Shown here: positions 1 to 11,675 of the stretch, piece by piece | How the letters are laid out: each line of letters begins with the position of its first letter | How positions within the stretch are numbered: position 1 is the stretch's first letter | Source of the DNA: Octopus vulgaris | Taxonomy: Eukaryota | Assembly (NCBI GenBank): GCA_951406725.2 | Contig: OX597814.1 | Coordinates: forward strand, 55,490,001 to 55,554,000 | Direction: 5' to 3' | Length of the DNA: 64,000 nucleotides | The notes under the pieces: generated by a model | Told to the model about the DNA's origin: nothing | What the model saw: only the letters and a program-made list of their open reading frames with translations | Database searches by the model: none | Position numbers and translations under genes: made by a program

Positions 1-558
1 ATCATAGCTGTGTAGAGTGATGGATTTGAATTTTGTTTATTGTCCACTCCTCCCTCCCAATATTTTGATCAGTTTATCCTATCTGCTCACATTTCTCATG
101 ATATGAGTTCAATTTAAAAATCATTTAGGTAAGTTAGCAATTTTTGAATCCATTTTTGTCATTGCATGGATTTGATATTGCTTTTCTGAATTCACAATTA
201 GAACTTAAATAAAAAGATGAGGGTTTGATGTAAGAAAGAGTACACATCAATGAAATACCAGCCCCAGCTATTGAAATTTACAGACATATTTATTTTTTGT
301 TGAAAACTTATGTTATTAAAGTACAGTGTAAATTTTGTTTAACAAAGGGTATATTTTCTAATATTTCAACCTTTCAATGGGAGAAGTCTTTATAAGATGT
401 TTTGTTAAACTGTGTTTGTATGTGGTTGAAGAATTTGTTGTGCACACTTATTCATCATAAGAAATTCAATTATAACTTAATACACAATACATTTGATTTG
501 AAAAGAATATAGGTAAAAAATAAGTCTAGGGCATCCGGTTTTTTTTAAAACTTTGTAG

Positions 559-561
<3 letters not shown>

Positions 562-598
<37 letters not shown>

Positions 599-689
599 TA
601 CATACACACACATATATATATATATATACACATATATATACACACATATATTTATATATATATATACATATATATTCATATATACATTT

Positions 690-734
<45 letters not shown>

Positions 735-739
735 TATTC

Positions 740-776
<37 letters not shown>
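562..776. repeat. Compound (TA)n/(CA)n microsatellite
   Basis: Direct reading; similar tracts at 21139-21390, 37634-37675, 38123-38168, 39078-39125, 59056-59145 and 60256-60318. Confidence 0.97.
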
Positions 777-780
<4 letters not shown>

Positions 781-2773
781 ACAAAATGTAGCATTTCCAA
801 AGATAAATAACAAATAAGAGACCTCCCAATCATTTTATATAATTGAAGTGCTGTGTTGGCTCAGCTGGAAGAATATAAAACCAAACAATTTGAGTAGTAA
901 TAAGATAAAAATGCAACAGTAAGAGTTTATGGGACTATTTTAACTCATGGATTTCAATGAATTATTTAAATGATTTATGTATTTTACTTATTAAATATTG
1001 TCCATCAATATCAGGCATTGCTGAATATCTGAAAAGGCACGATTTATATGTAAATATAAAGAATATATGTAAATATTCTTCAATGATAGATTGACCAACA
1101 GAAGAATTAAAGCTAACCTAATTAATCATTGATTTGTATTAACCAAGTTTTGTCCATAAATTTAAAACAGAAACCATATATATATATATATATATTACAT
1201 ACACATAAATATGAAATGTAATTTAGAATTATTCAAATAATTTGAAAACTATTCAAATTTTTTAATTTAATGAAAATTATTATGAAATACGTTTATCATA
1301 AAAAGTAAAATATCAAGAAAAATAAATAAACAGTTACATGTTCATATCTTAGTTTGTTATTATTTTAAACTAAAATATTAAAATGCATTTTAAAATTTAA
1401 ACATTATACTTACATAAAGTCAATCATAACAGAATTTATTTTCCCTATAGTCTTTCATTAATAAATGCTGATATTTCTGACTTCTAAAATTTAGTGAGGT
1501 AGAATTTTAAAAAGACTAACTATAGCTTCTATGATGCTGAAAGTTGCTAATTTTTTTATGTTTTAGATTACTGATCAAAAGAACACCAAATAAGATGGAT
1601 GCCTGGTTTAGGAAATCTTCCTGAATACTAACTGGATGTTATTAGAACAGATGCTTTCCTAGATCTAAGACAAGAGGTTCTTGCAAATACTGCTAATACA
1701 CTTTATATTAATGTAAGAATAATTCATCAGTATTCAATATTTTTCTCAAAAACAATTCTAAATATAAAGGATGAAGAAATATCCTACAGAAAACCATTTA
1801 ATAAAGGGAATATCAAACAATCAACTGGGGAATGAAAAAAGTCAGCATCCACAGTTATCAAAAGAAGGGTTAAGTATTTGCCTTAAAATTGCATAGTCTA
1901 TAAATGGAAATAATTCAGTCTGTATATATTCCTTCTTTATCATCAGTGCTATGGACCACATAGGTTATAATTTTAACAGAAATCATATCTCATATGGTTA
2001 GCTTCTAAGTAAGTGATTCAATCATTTTAGAACACAAAACTGTTGGGTTGAATATCTTCCAGCATACTAACATTGATCGAGATACTAAAAATCTCTTTCA
2101 TTAAATAAATACATATTTGTTTAATTACCTTTACACAATTTTTGAATGTTAAAATAGTTCTTTGACTTTCGGAAAATTTCAAAATTTCAACTGATGCATA
2201 TCAGCATGAGGTATTACACATATTGTTCATGTACTGGGACCAGTAGTCACTGATAAAACATAGATCTCTTGTAGATCGAGAGTTAGGTAGTTGCTGCTCT
2301 CACTGTATAATGAACAATAAGGGCAACTTTATTGATGTGAAGAAAGCAGTGTTAAGAGGCCATCAAAACTGTGCCAGCACAGTCACAAATTGGTATCAAA
2401 AATAGGAAATAAATATCGCATGGGTGTATGGAAAAAATTCAAAATATAGGCAATATGGAAGTTAAATTTTTTGAAAAAAATGTGTTTTTTTAAAAAAATT
2501 TTTGATAAGGTTTTGAGATTTTCTTTCATTTATAATTTATTTTTCATTATTCACTCAACAGGAGGAATATGTTCAGCATGTTCAAAAAGCTGTTCAGTAT
2601 ATAAATATGTGTTCTGGAGTATATTCTTATTGATGATATACAACAGTTTAAGATTTATGACCTTTCACAATCAGCAGGGGAGAAAGAGCATTATCCAGAT
2701 AAGGTTTTAGATAAAAAGCAAAAGATAAATATTCCAAGTTTTGCATACTCAAAGGATTTCAATCTAAATTACT

Positions 2774-2929
2774 TCAAACAACAGTTCCTCGTATTCCTTT
2801 ATAGCCTTCTCTGCTACAACTTGTCTCTTCTTCAGCATCAGATTCTGAAATGTCATCTTCTGTATCTTTAGAATCTTCAATATTAGCTGTGTCCTCATCT
2901 TCATCACTGTGAGTATATTCAACTGGTAT
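2774..2929 (-). CDS. KCNT/Slo2: Probable terminal coding exon of Slo2 (IPVEYTHSDEDED...GYKGIRGTVV*)
   Basis: Acceptor tattttag|, phase 0, 51 aa plus TGA; acidic low-complexity tail ending T-V-V, a class I PDZ-binding pattern like ETQL of KCNT1. Linkage to upstream exons is inferred from strand and phase. Confidence 0.7.
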   Translation of the reverse strand: MPVEYTHSDEDEDTANIEDSKDTEDDISESDAEEETSCSREGYKGIRGTVV

Positions 2930-3206
2930 CTAAAATATACAATTGATTTTATATGCTTTGAACAAAGAATCATTTATTATCGTATGATCATAATGCAGTT
3001 CATCTTAATATTTCAATACCAAACTAACTTTTTATAAAAATGTGAACCTGTAAGCAATATAAAACCTTTAGAAAAATTTAAAAGGGAAGCAAATTTACCA
3101 GTGATAAAAAAATCCAAGAAGCTTCAGGTTCATTATAACAATAAAACACCTTTATAAATATGTGTGTGTGGGTGCATAAAGTTGTAAGGTACCACATGAG
3201 TGGAAA

Positions 3207-3840
3207 TATATATGAAAGAAGATTTTAAAATGCAATTTTAAAGATGTTTATTCATTTGACTGGTTTCACTTTTTTAGTGAAAGATTGTCAAAAGTAAAAT
3301 GTAAAGCTTTGTATGAGCTTTGTTGTGTTAAGTACTGGTTGTCACATAAGTATTAAAAAACAGAAATACATTCTTTGATGATAATAAGAAAATGTTAAAA
3401 ACAGTTTACGAGAAAGTATTTGAGAAAGTAATCAAAACGGGTTCAATAAAAATCATGTTCGTTTGGTAGCATATATATATACACAGGAGATATATTTAAG
3501 AATTTACAAAAAATTGTAGAAGATAACTGACTTACAGTTCTATATTTAAGAGATGAGGAATTATGAACATTATTTACATTCAACGGATATTTGTCCTCAT
3601 CTTGTTTGTTGTTAACTCAACATTTTGGCTGATATACCCTCCAGCCTTCTTATCAAAGAATGTATTATCAAAGTATGTATTTCTGTTTTTTAATACTTTT
3701 GTGATAACCAGTACTTAAAACAACAAAGCTCATACAAAGCTTTACATTTTACTGTTGACAATCTTTTTCTAAAAAAGTGAAACCAGTCAAGTGATAAACA
3801 TCTTTACAATTGCATTTTCTAACTTTCTTTCATGTATATA
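3207..3840. repeat. Foldback: ~175-bp inverted arms (3207-3383, ~3666-3840) around a spacer with a truncated hammerhead remnant
   Basis: Arms are reverse complements, e.g. tgtaaagctttgtatgagctttgttg / caacaaagctcatacaaagctttaca; spacer minus strand reads GA-A-GGCUG...CAGCC-AAAAUGUU at ~3617-3650. Confidence 0.9.
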
Positions 3841-3891
3841 TATATATATATATTATCCGAAATGTTTAGTATTAAATATCCATCATGGCTG

Positions 3892-3974
3892 ATCTTATCA
3901 ATTGGTTTCACATAAAGAATACAATGGAGTGTTAGGTAACAATCCAATTATATAACTTTACACTTATCAGAGAT
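3892..3974 (-). ncRNA. Type I hammerhead ribozyme, slightly decayed, long stem II
   Basis: AUCU-CUGAUAA-GUGUAAAG...CUUUAUGU-GAAA-C-CAAUUG-A-UA-AGAU; two G->A changes from the canonical core/stem III. Confidence 0.75.
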
Positions 3975-4280
3975 AACCAATATGGAAAGGAATATGGCGA
4001 CTGCTCTCTATTGTCAGAGGTGGATTAGCACAACAGGTCAGCTGTTGCCATGAAAAAAGTGGTGAAATGAAAAAGGCTAGGGGATTATATATATGTATAT
4101 ATAAAATAAGGGAAACACCTAGCATCAATAGCATCATAATTTTAAGATATCTATAAAACCATCAAAAGCTTGCTTATTTTAATGATTTTTGATTTATTAT
4201 TACTGTTGCTTAATATGTTTTGCTAAAATTGTTGTTTCTTTTCAGATATCATCAGTAAAAAGTAATTAAAATTCATTAAA

Positions 4281-5130
4281 ATGACAGATCCATTGGACTT
4301 TCAGAGAGGTCAAATTGTTGGTGCTCATATGGCAGGCGCTAGTGTAATGAAAACAGCTGAAATATTTGGTGTATCAAGAAGTACTGCCTTGAAAGTTATG
4401 ACAGCCTTTGAGAAAGAAGGGAAAAAAACTCCTCATTGAAACAAAAGTCCGGAAGAAAACCAAAACTTTTGGATAGGGATGGTCGGACTCTTACACAAAT
4501 TGTACAGCTTCCAAAATTACTGCAGAGCTCAAGAAGCCAGTTTCAACAAAAACTGTTTGCTGGGAACTGCACAAAATCAGATTTCATGGGAGGGCTGTAA
4601 TCAGAAAACCACTACTTTCAAAAACATAAGTTGCAAAACGCTTAGAGTTTGGTCCCTAAAGCAGTGGAAGAATTGGTCCCTAAAGCAGTGGAAGAATGTT
4701 ATTTTCTTGGATGAGTCATCCTGTACCTTATTTCCAACTACTGGCCAAGTATATGTGTGAAGACAGCCAAAAGAAGCATCTGACCCAGACTGCCTTCTTC
4801 CAACTGTTAAACATGGAGGAGGATCTGTAATGATCGGTGGGGGGGGGACTATATCTTGGAAAACCACCGTCCAATGGTTTCCCTTCATGGAAGAATTAAT
4901 AATCAAGACTGTTTAAGCATTTTATCTAATCAAATTCATCCTATGGTTGTGGAACTGTTTCCGGAGGGAAACACAATCTTTCAGGATGATAATGCACCAA
5001 TTCACACAGCAAAAGTTGTTACTGAATGGTATGAGGAACATTCTAGTGAAGTTGAACATCTTATCTGGCCACCACAGTCCCCAGATCTCAACATTATCAA
5101 ACATTTATGGTGCATTTTAGAAAACAAGTA
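4281..5130 (+). mobile_element. Decayed Tc1-family transposase with DD36E-type spacing
   Basis: MTDPLDFQRGQIVGAHMAG HTH start, VIFLDES, QDDNAPIH...WPPQSPDLNIIK; frameshifts, a stop and a 24-bp tandem duplication. Confidence 0.92.
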
Positions 5131-5199
5131 TATACAATTTTAGAGAAAGTCAGTCAGTCAGAACAGGAAGAGGGTCAATGATTGGCATAGCAGCTCATC

Positions 5200-5680
5200 A
5201 CTTTCTGTAAGGGAAAAGGAGATAACTCAAAAGGAACTGACTACAGAGGCATTGAAATGGTGGATCAAGTCAAGAAAGTATCAATAAAAGTTATAACATA
5301 ATTAATTAGGAAGAATATTAGCTTCCAAATGTAGCTTGGGTTTGTGCCAGAACAAAATATCACTGAAGGTCTCTTCCTAGTAGACAACGATAGAAATTCT
5401 TAGAAAAATAGTAAACTATTATATAACATAACATAATATAACATTTGTTGATTTGGAAAAGGCTTTTGACAGAGTACCATGTTTTGTAAGCTCATGGTTG
5501 TAAACAAAACTAGCCATAGCTGGATGAGTTGTAGCAGCAAGGTAAGAGTTAGTGATGAGTTCAGTAAGGAAGCTAAAATAGGTAAGTACCTATCAAGGCA
5601 TGGTTTTCAGCCTCCTCCTGTTTATTATATTTTTTCTGGTCATAACAGAGGAGTCTGTCCAACCCATGCAAACATACTAA
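5200..5680 (+). mobile_element. RTE-clade LINE reverse-transcriptase fragment
   Basis: LGFVPEQ, TFVDLEKAFDRVP, SKVRV motifs; ends in a (GAT)n tail. A second small piece (QEKYLVKRKPLYIAFIDLKK) lies at ~6977-7045. Confidence 0.75.
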
Positions 5681-8373
5681 TGATGATGATGATGATATTT
5701 TATTCTTTATATATCATTAGAGATTTACAAATAAAATTTGATCAAATAAATAAAAGTAACTTCAGACAAATTTGGGATATATGTTAAATACTTGAAATGA
5801 ATCATATGAGTAACAGAAACAAATAGAAATGGAGAAAAACAGAATTTTTCTAATTTCTAAAATGTAATAACAGCAATAACAAATTATGTTTTGTTCAGTT
5901 AATTTAAGACAAACAGATGCAGAAAATTGGTATAAGCTTCTCCACAGTGGTTGAGTTAATGAATATAACCAACAATACAAACAATGTATTTGTGTAGGAT
6001 GTATGATACTTTAGTGAACTATCAGAAAGAAAGCTACTGCAGCTTGTTGCTGGTTATAATGATGTGAACAGAAATTAACAACTATTTGACAAAATATCAA
6101 ATTTTCACATCAAACTGTACAGTATATATTCTTCAACAGAAACTGTTAATAACAAGGTTGATATTCAGAAAATGTTTAACTAATGATGCAGAAATGCCTA
6201 GATATTTCAATTAATTTCTTCAAATTCACTTTGATGTAATGATAATTAATTTTAGTAGTTTCATATTGTTTTTATCTTTACCTGACTGTTTTACATGACA
6301 GAAAATTATTTCCTAAATGCTATACACAACTAAAGATATTCATCATACTTTATAAAACAACACAATATCCAACAAACAAGATATACTCCCAACACATAAA
6401 TTAAGACAATGTCTTTTTGAAATACATTTGTCTTTTATTGCTGTGTCCAAAAAAGAAGGTGATTCTGAGTGTGTGAGATGCTAATTAAAATAGTGTATTC
6501 TAAGGCAAATAGCTTTTCTCTCATTGCAATCATAATGAAAGTTGTCAAAGAGGCAGAAACAATTTCAGATGAAAATATTCAGGATCCAATAGCTTGACTT
6601 TACACTAAAAGAAATAATTTAACAGAGTACTTCATTGAATTATTGTAATCTGTAGAACCATAAATCACAGTGAAAACAAAGAGAAATCCAGAATATTCAG
6701 AGTAATGTATATAAAAGAAAAGAAATTGTTACATTGTAAATATATACGTAAATATATATTAGATTATAATTTTTTACAAGGCCATAAGTTTTGAGGTGGA
6801 GCAAGTTGATTAAATTGACTAACCCCAGTTCTATAAAGTGTTTATTTTATCAACTCTGGAAAGATGAAAGGCAAAGTTGGATTTGGTGAAATTTTAACAC
6901 AGAGTTGGTAAAATCACCTCAAGGCATTTTGTTCAATGCACTAATAATGCTGCAAATCCACTATATATATATATAGCAGGAGAAGTATCTAGTTAAAAGA
7001 AAACCACTATACATAGCATTCATTGACCTGAAGAAAGATTTGAACACCCCAGAAATAGATTACCTGTTCTAGACAGGTATAGATCCCATATATACACACG
7101 CAGACACATCTACACACTTACAAACCTAAATACTCACATACATGCATATCATGTCATATCATATCACGAACTAACTGTTACTTTCTCAGATACACCACGG
7201 AATTTTTTCAGTGAACAGGTCGGGGTCTCAAAGTGATGAAAATATTTTGACAAATTAAATTTAAATGTTGAAGTGAATCCAACAGTTTTTGTGTGGTTTT
7301 AAGTGGATTATAAACATCTTCCATGCTGCAATTGTTTTTGATTCAACACACAATCTCAGTTCAGGTCACTTGCTATGCAAGTACATCTCCATATATATAT
7401 ATATATATATATATCAAAATATACAGTATTACAGATCAAGTTCAGCCAATCTTGCCAATCTTACCAATCAGTTTTGCACCAGGTACTAGGTAACATGATG
7501 ACTATCTAATACAGAAGACAGAAAAAGGAGAAAGGTCATAATTAGTCAGGGTTCTTTCTTGTGTGATGAGATCGATATTCATCATGAACATCTTGTAGGT
7601 TAATATTTAGAGGTTAATGTGGGAAAGGAAATTTCAGAAGGTTGCAGTTCTGTGAAGGAAAGACAGAAAAGTGTTCTGAGCAGGGTTTGGCAGGTGAGAT
7701 ACAGTGAGAGTAACAGAAGGAGACTGGTGGGTTGGTGGACCTAGGTAGAAACTATGCATCACCAGGAAATGATCTCATTAAGCAGTAGTCCTGCAAGTAT
7801 TAACTGAAAATACAAGGAAACCATAGCAACTGGTGAAATCTCTGTTTTTTAAATAGTGAAGAAAATTAATTAAAAAATGATTCTTTTGCTTGAAAAAAGT
7901 AGGACAAAATGAACTATGATTTTGAATACAAAGTAAACAATGAAATCTGACTGAAGCAGTGCTGATGACTATTACAGACTCTTTAGACTGATAAGACTGG
8001 TGTGATACCTAGCCTAAACATTGGCAGATCAATGTTGGGAGTAAAAATATAAGAATTGGTGTGTGGGAACTGTCTGAATTCTTGCAACTCCACACATTAA
8101 AGAACCAAGGGTTAATTCAGAAACCAAGTAATATGTTAAAATAAAATCTCCTGATAGAATTGATATCATGGAGAGAATAATTTTCTTTAGGAAGCAGCAT
8201 AGGATAAAAGATATGAAGAAATTGAATTACTTTTATTTTCTTAATTGGTCTCCCATTTTATTTTCCACCAGTTCTGGCAAATATAATGTTTATTTGTTAC
8301 CACTGTTTTGAATTAATCATGCATTATTACAGAATTTAAAGATTTCAATGATGTGACTTTAAATTCTGATGAT

Positions 8374-8404
<31 letters not shown>

Positions 8405-8577
8405 TATACATATATATATATATACGATGAGCATCTTCCACTCACAAGGCTTTGGTTGGCCCGAGGCTATAGTAGAAGACACTTGTCCAAGATGCCATGC
8501 AGTGGGACTGAAGCTGAAAACATGTGGTTGGGAAGAAAGCTTCTTATCATACAGCCATGCCTTTGCCTTATATATTC

Positions 8578-8756
8578 TGTAAATAATAATTATAAGCTCA
8601 AGCTTAAAAGCATTCACCATACATTGGCTATAGAAAATACTCTAATATTGGGGCATATAGGCTCTCAATGGCTTATACACCCCGATATTAGACTATTTTC
8701 TATAGCCAATATTTGGTGAATGCTTTACACGCTTAAGCTTATAATTATTATTTACA
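8578..8756. repeat. ~180-bp near-perfect hairpin (MITE-like)
   Basis: ~85-bp arms tgtaaataataattataagc... / ...gcttataattattatttaca around an 8-nt loop. Confidence 0.88.
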
Positions 8757-9104
8757 TAATTTTTCACTCATCACCATTTCTTAACTTAATGCATATATAT
8801 ATAAAGAAATGAGGTGAAGGAACAGGAAATGAAATCAAAAGAAAGTTGAAAAAAAGGTGATAATGGAAGGGAGGGAAACACTGTAAAATACAATGTCTCC
8901 TGGTTGACAAGAAGCAGATATGCTAATTATGTCAAACTGCTTTTCTTTTACCTTCAGTCTCTCTTTAATCTTTCCCTCTCACTCTTTAAAACTCTACTGT
9001 AATATTTTCCCTGTCTTCTTGTTTATGACTCATTTTCTTTTAATATATTTCTCTCTCTCTCACAATCTTTACACCCATCTCTTCACATCATCTTTTTCTT
9101 TATT

Positions 9105-9485
9105 TCTTTATATTGTTTCAGTCATTTGACTGTGGCCATGCTGAAGCATCACCTTTAGTCAAGCAAATCGATCCCAGGACTTATTCTTTGTAAGCTTGGT
9201 ACTTATGCTATTGGTCTCTCTTGCTGAACCGCTAAGTGACAGGGACATAAACACACCAGCATCGGTTGTCAAGCGGTGTTGGGGGGACAAACATAGACAC
9301 ACAAACATATACATACATATATATATGACGGGATTCTTTCAGTTTCCGTCTACCAAATCGACTCACAAGGCTTTGGTCAGCCTGAGGATATAGTAGAAGA
9401 CACTTTCCCAAGGTACCATGCAGTGGGACTGAACCCAGAACCATGTGGTTGGTAAGCAAGCTACTTACCACACAGCCACTCCTGC
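9105..9485 (-). mobile_element. tRNA-head SINE, near full length
   Basis: Minus strand TGGCTGTGTGGT (A-box-like) and GGTTCAGTCCC (B-box-like). Further partial copies at ~8436-8560, 13640-13752, 19366-19880, 22800-22870, 25975-26090, 27410-27500 and 30927-31100. Confidence 0.85.
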
Positions 9486-9696
9486 TCCTGTTTGCAACTT
9501 CTTGTCTCTCTATTTCTCTTCTACATCACACTCACACTCTCAAATCTCCTCTTTTTCCAACACGCACACAGTTACATGTCACCCACTACAAGTTTAAGCC
9601 CAAAATATCTGGAAACAACCAAGCTATTCCTGCTTTTTCAATTCTGAACAGATAACAATCTATTACAAAGAAAAACTGTCATGAAGAGTTTAGTTC

Positions 9697-10720
9697 AGTG
9701 TTTCCCAAATTCTTTGCACCAAATTGCAAAACCTATCGACCAAAAAATGTTCCATCACCCACCAGTGTAAAAAACTACAATTTTTACAGAAATAGTGACA
9801 GTCAAAACAGAGCACCATGTTGCAACAAAAGCTATTCAAATACATGATTGAAACTTATTTTAAAGTTGCAAGAAATGCCTCATGAAGAGAATTACATCAG
9901 AAGATTCCAGTATGCTCTAGAATGTACTTTAACTCTGGATTTTTGACTTCATATCAATGCCAACAAAACACTAGCTGTAGAACATGTTTAATGAATTAAT
10001 GTTCCTGAATAATGAAGCTGCAATTATTAAGGTTGGAGATCATGGTAAATGAGTTATTTTAGAATGTCATGACAGTTGCATGAAATTCATAATGAAACTC
10101 ATCATTCATATAATACTTAGCTATATCCATTGTTTTTTTGGTTTTTTTTTGTAATGGAATAAATAGCTACCACTTTGGTATATTGCAAGTTGGTTGGTTG
10201 GGTAACTTCCATAAAAAAACAAAGCAAAACAAAAAAATGTATTCTGTGTGGATTGTTATGCTTATTGATTCAGATTTGAAGCAGTTCATTTAACTGTCTT
10301 CATCATTGCCAAGACTTTTGTCTCTAATAAGTTTGTTGATATGTATGCCAACATAGAGTTGGAGAGGTAGTATTACATAAAAATGCATAAAAAGTATATT
10401 TAGAATCAGTTACGAACTTATGAAATAGTGTTAATAAGGAACAGAGATCAGACTACATTGTATTCTGCCATTCAGTTTTAAAAGAAATCTGCAACATATA
10501 CACAAGAGAGCACAGGGACCCCATGATTTATGCATGCAATAATGAATGACTTGACCTTTGCATCACTTTTATTTGCAATGCTAATAGAGCAAAATCGAAG
10601 CAGAACCTTTAACAAGACAGTTATACACTGACAGACATAATACCATGACCTCATATTATTCAGACTGCTATTCCAACTGATTGTTCCATGGAAATGATAG
10701 TTTTATACCAAGAACACCCA
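9697..10720 (-). mobile_element. Possible hAT (Charlie-like) remnant
   Basis: Terminus CAGTGTTTCCCAAA typical of hAT-Charlie TIRs; only faint transposase-like residues internally. Confidence 0.3.
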
Positions 10721-11574
10721 GAAATAATTATCATACTCAAAAGGTTGCAGTTTCTAGTAAAACTTCAGTTTTTCTATGTTCATAAATAAATCATAAGAGC
10801 AAGCTTTATCTGTTGATGGGTTACAACTGGAAGAGAACATTGCTTTTTTCATAGATAATGAAACAAGTTGCATGTGTAAGAGATGGAAGTCCTTGCATTC
10901 AAAATACTGGGATTAATATGATTTATTAAAAACCTTTGAAGGTAGTGCCAAAGTATGGTCACAGTTCAATGGTTGAAACCAACACTAAATAATAAAAGAG
11001 TAAAAGAAGCAACCACCTTTACAACTTAAATAATAACCCTGAATCCCTTGAAATTTTTCTAGTGAATCCCTCTTATCCTTGTTGAAATTGAGGGTACTAC
11101 AGTTATACTGATTATCATGTATATACCTATCCACACAATATTGAATACCACAATTCTCCTAATGTTGGTTTAGTTTTCCTTTCTTTTTTTGAGACAGTAA
11201 TCAGATCATCTTTACACCTAGTTTCTGTTGCTTTCTCATAGCTTACACCCACTCATATTCACACCAATTGCTTAGAAACCAATTTTAGCTTATTGCAAAT
11301 ATCATATATTCAATACAAAGAAAGACTATATATATGTTAAGAGGAGTGCAGAAAATTTAAAGATTACATAGTTTTATTATAGTGACAATATTTTCTTTGT
11401 GAACTAAGTCCATGATGGGGGTTTTAGTTCTTAGCATGTTTAATACTGATGTGTTTGGGAAAGGTATGAACAGAAAAAAAATTAATGAATCCATCACTAA
11501 ACTGCATATGTATTTCTTTTAACTCATTGTTTTATACACTAAAGTATTCTATGGTGTGTAAATCAATCAATCTT

Positions 11575-11675
<101 letters not shown>

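Noticed and set aside
477-829. YIYI/CVCV/THTH/RERE ORFs here and throughout the window
   Set aside because: Translations of microsatellites, not genes.
9380-9485. tRNA-like A/B boxes
   Set aside because: SINE heads rather than tRNA genes; no cloverleaf can be formed.
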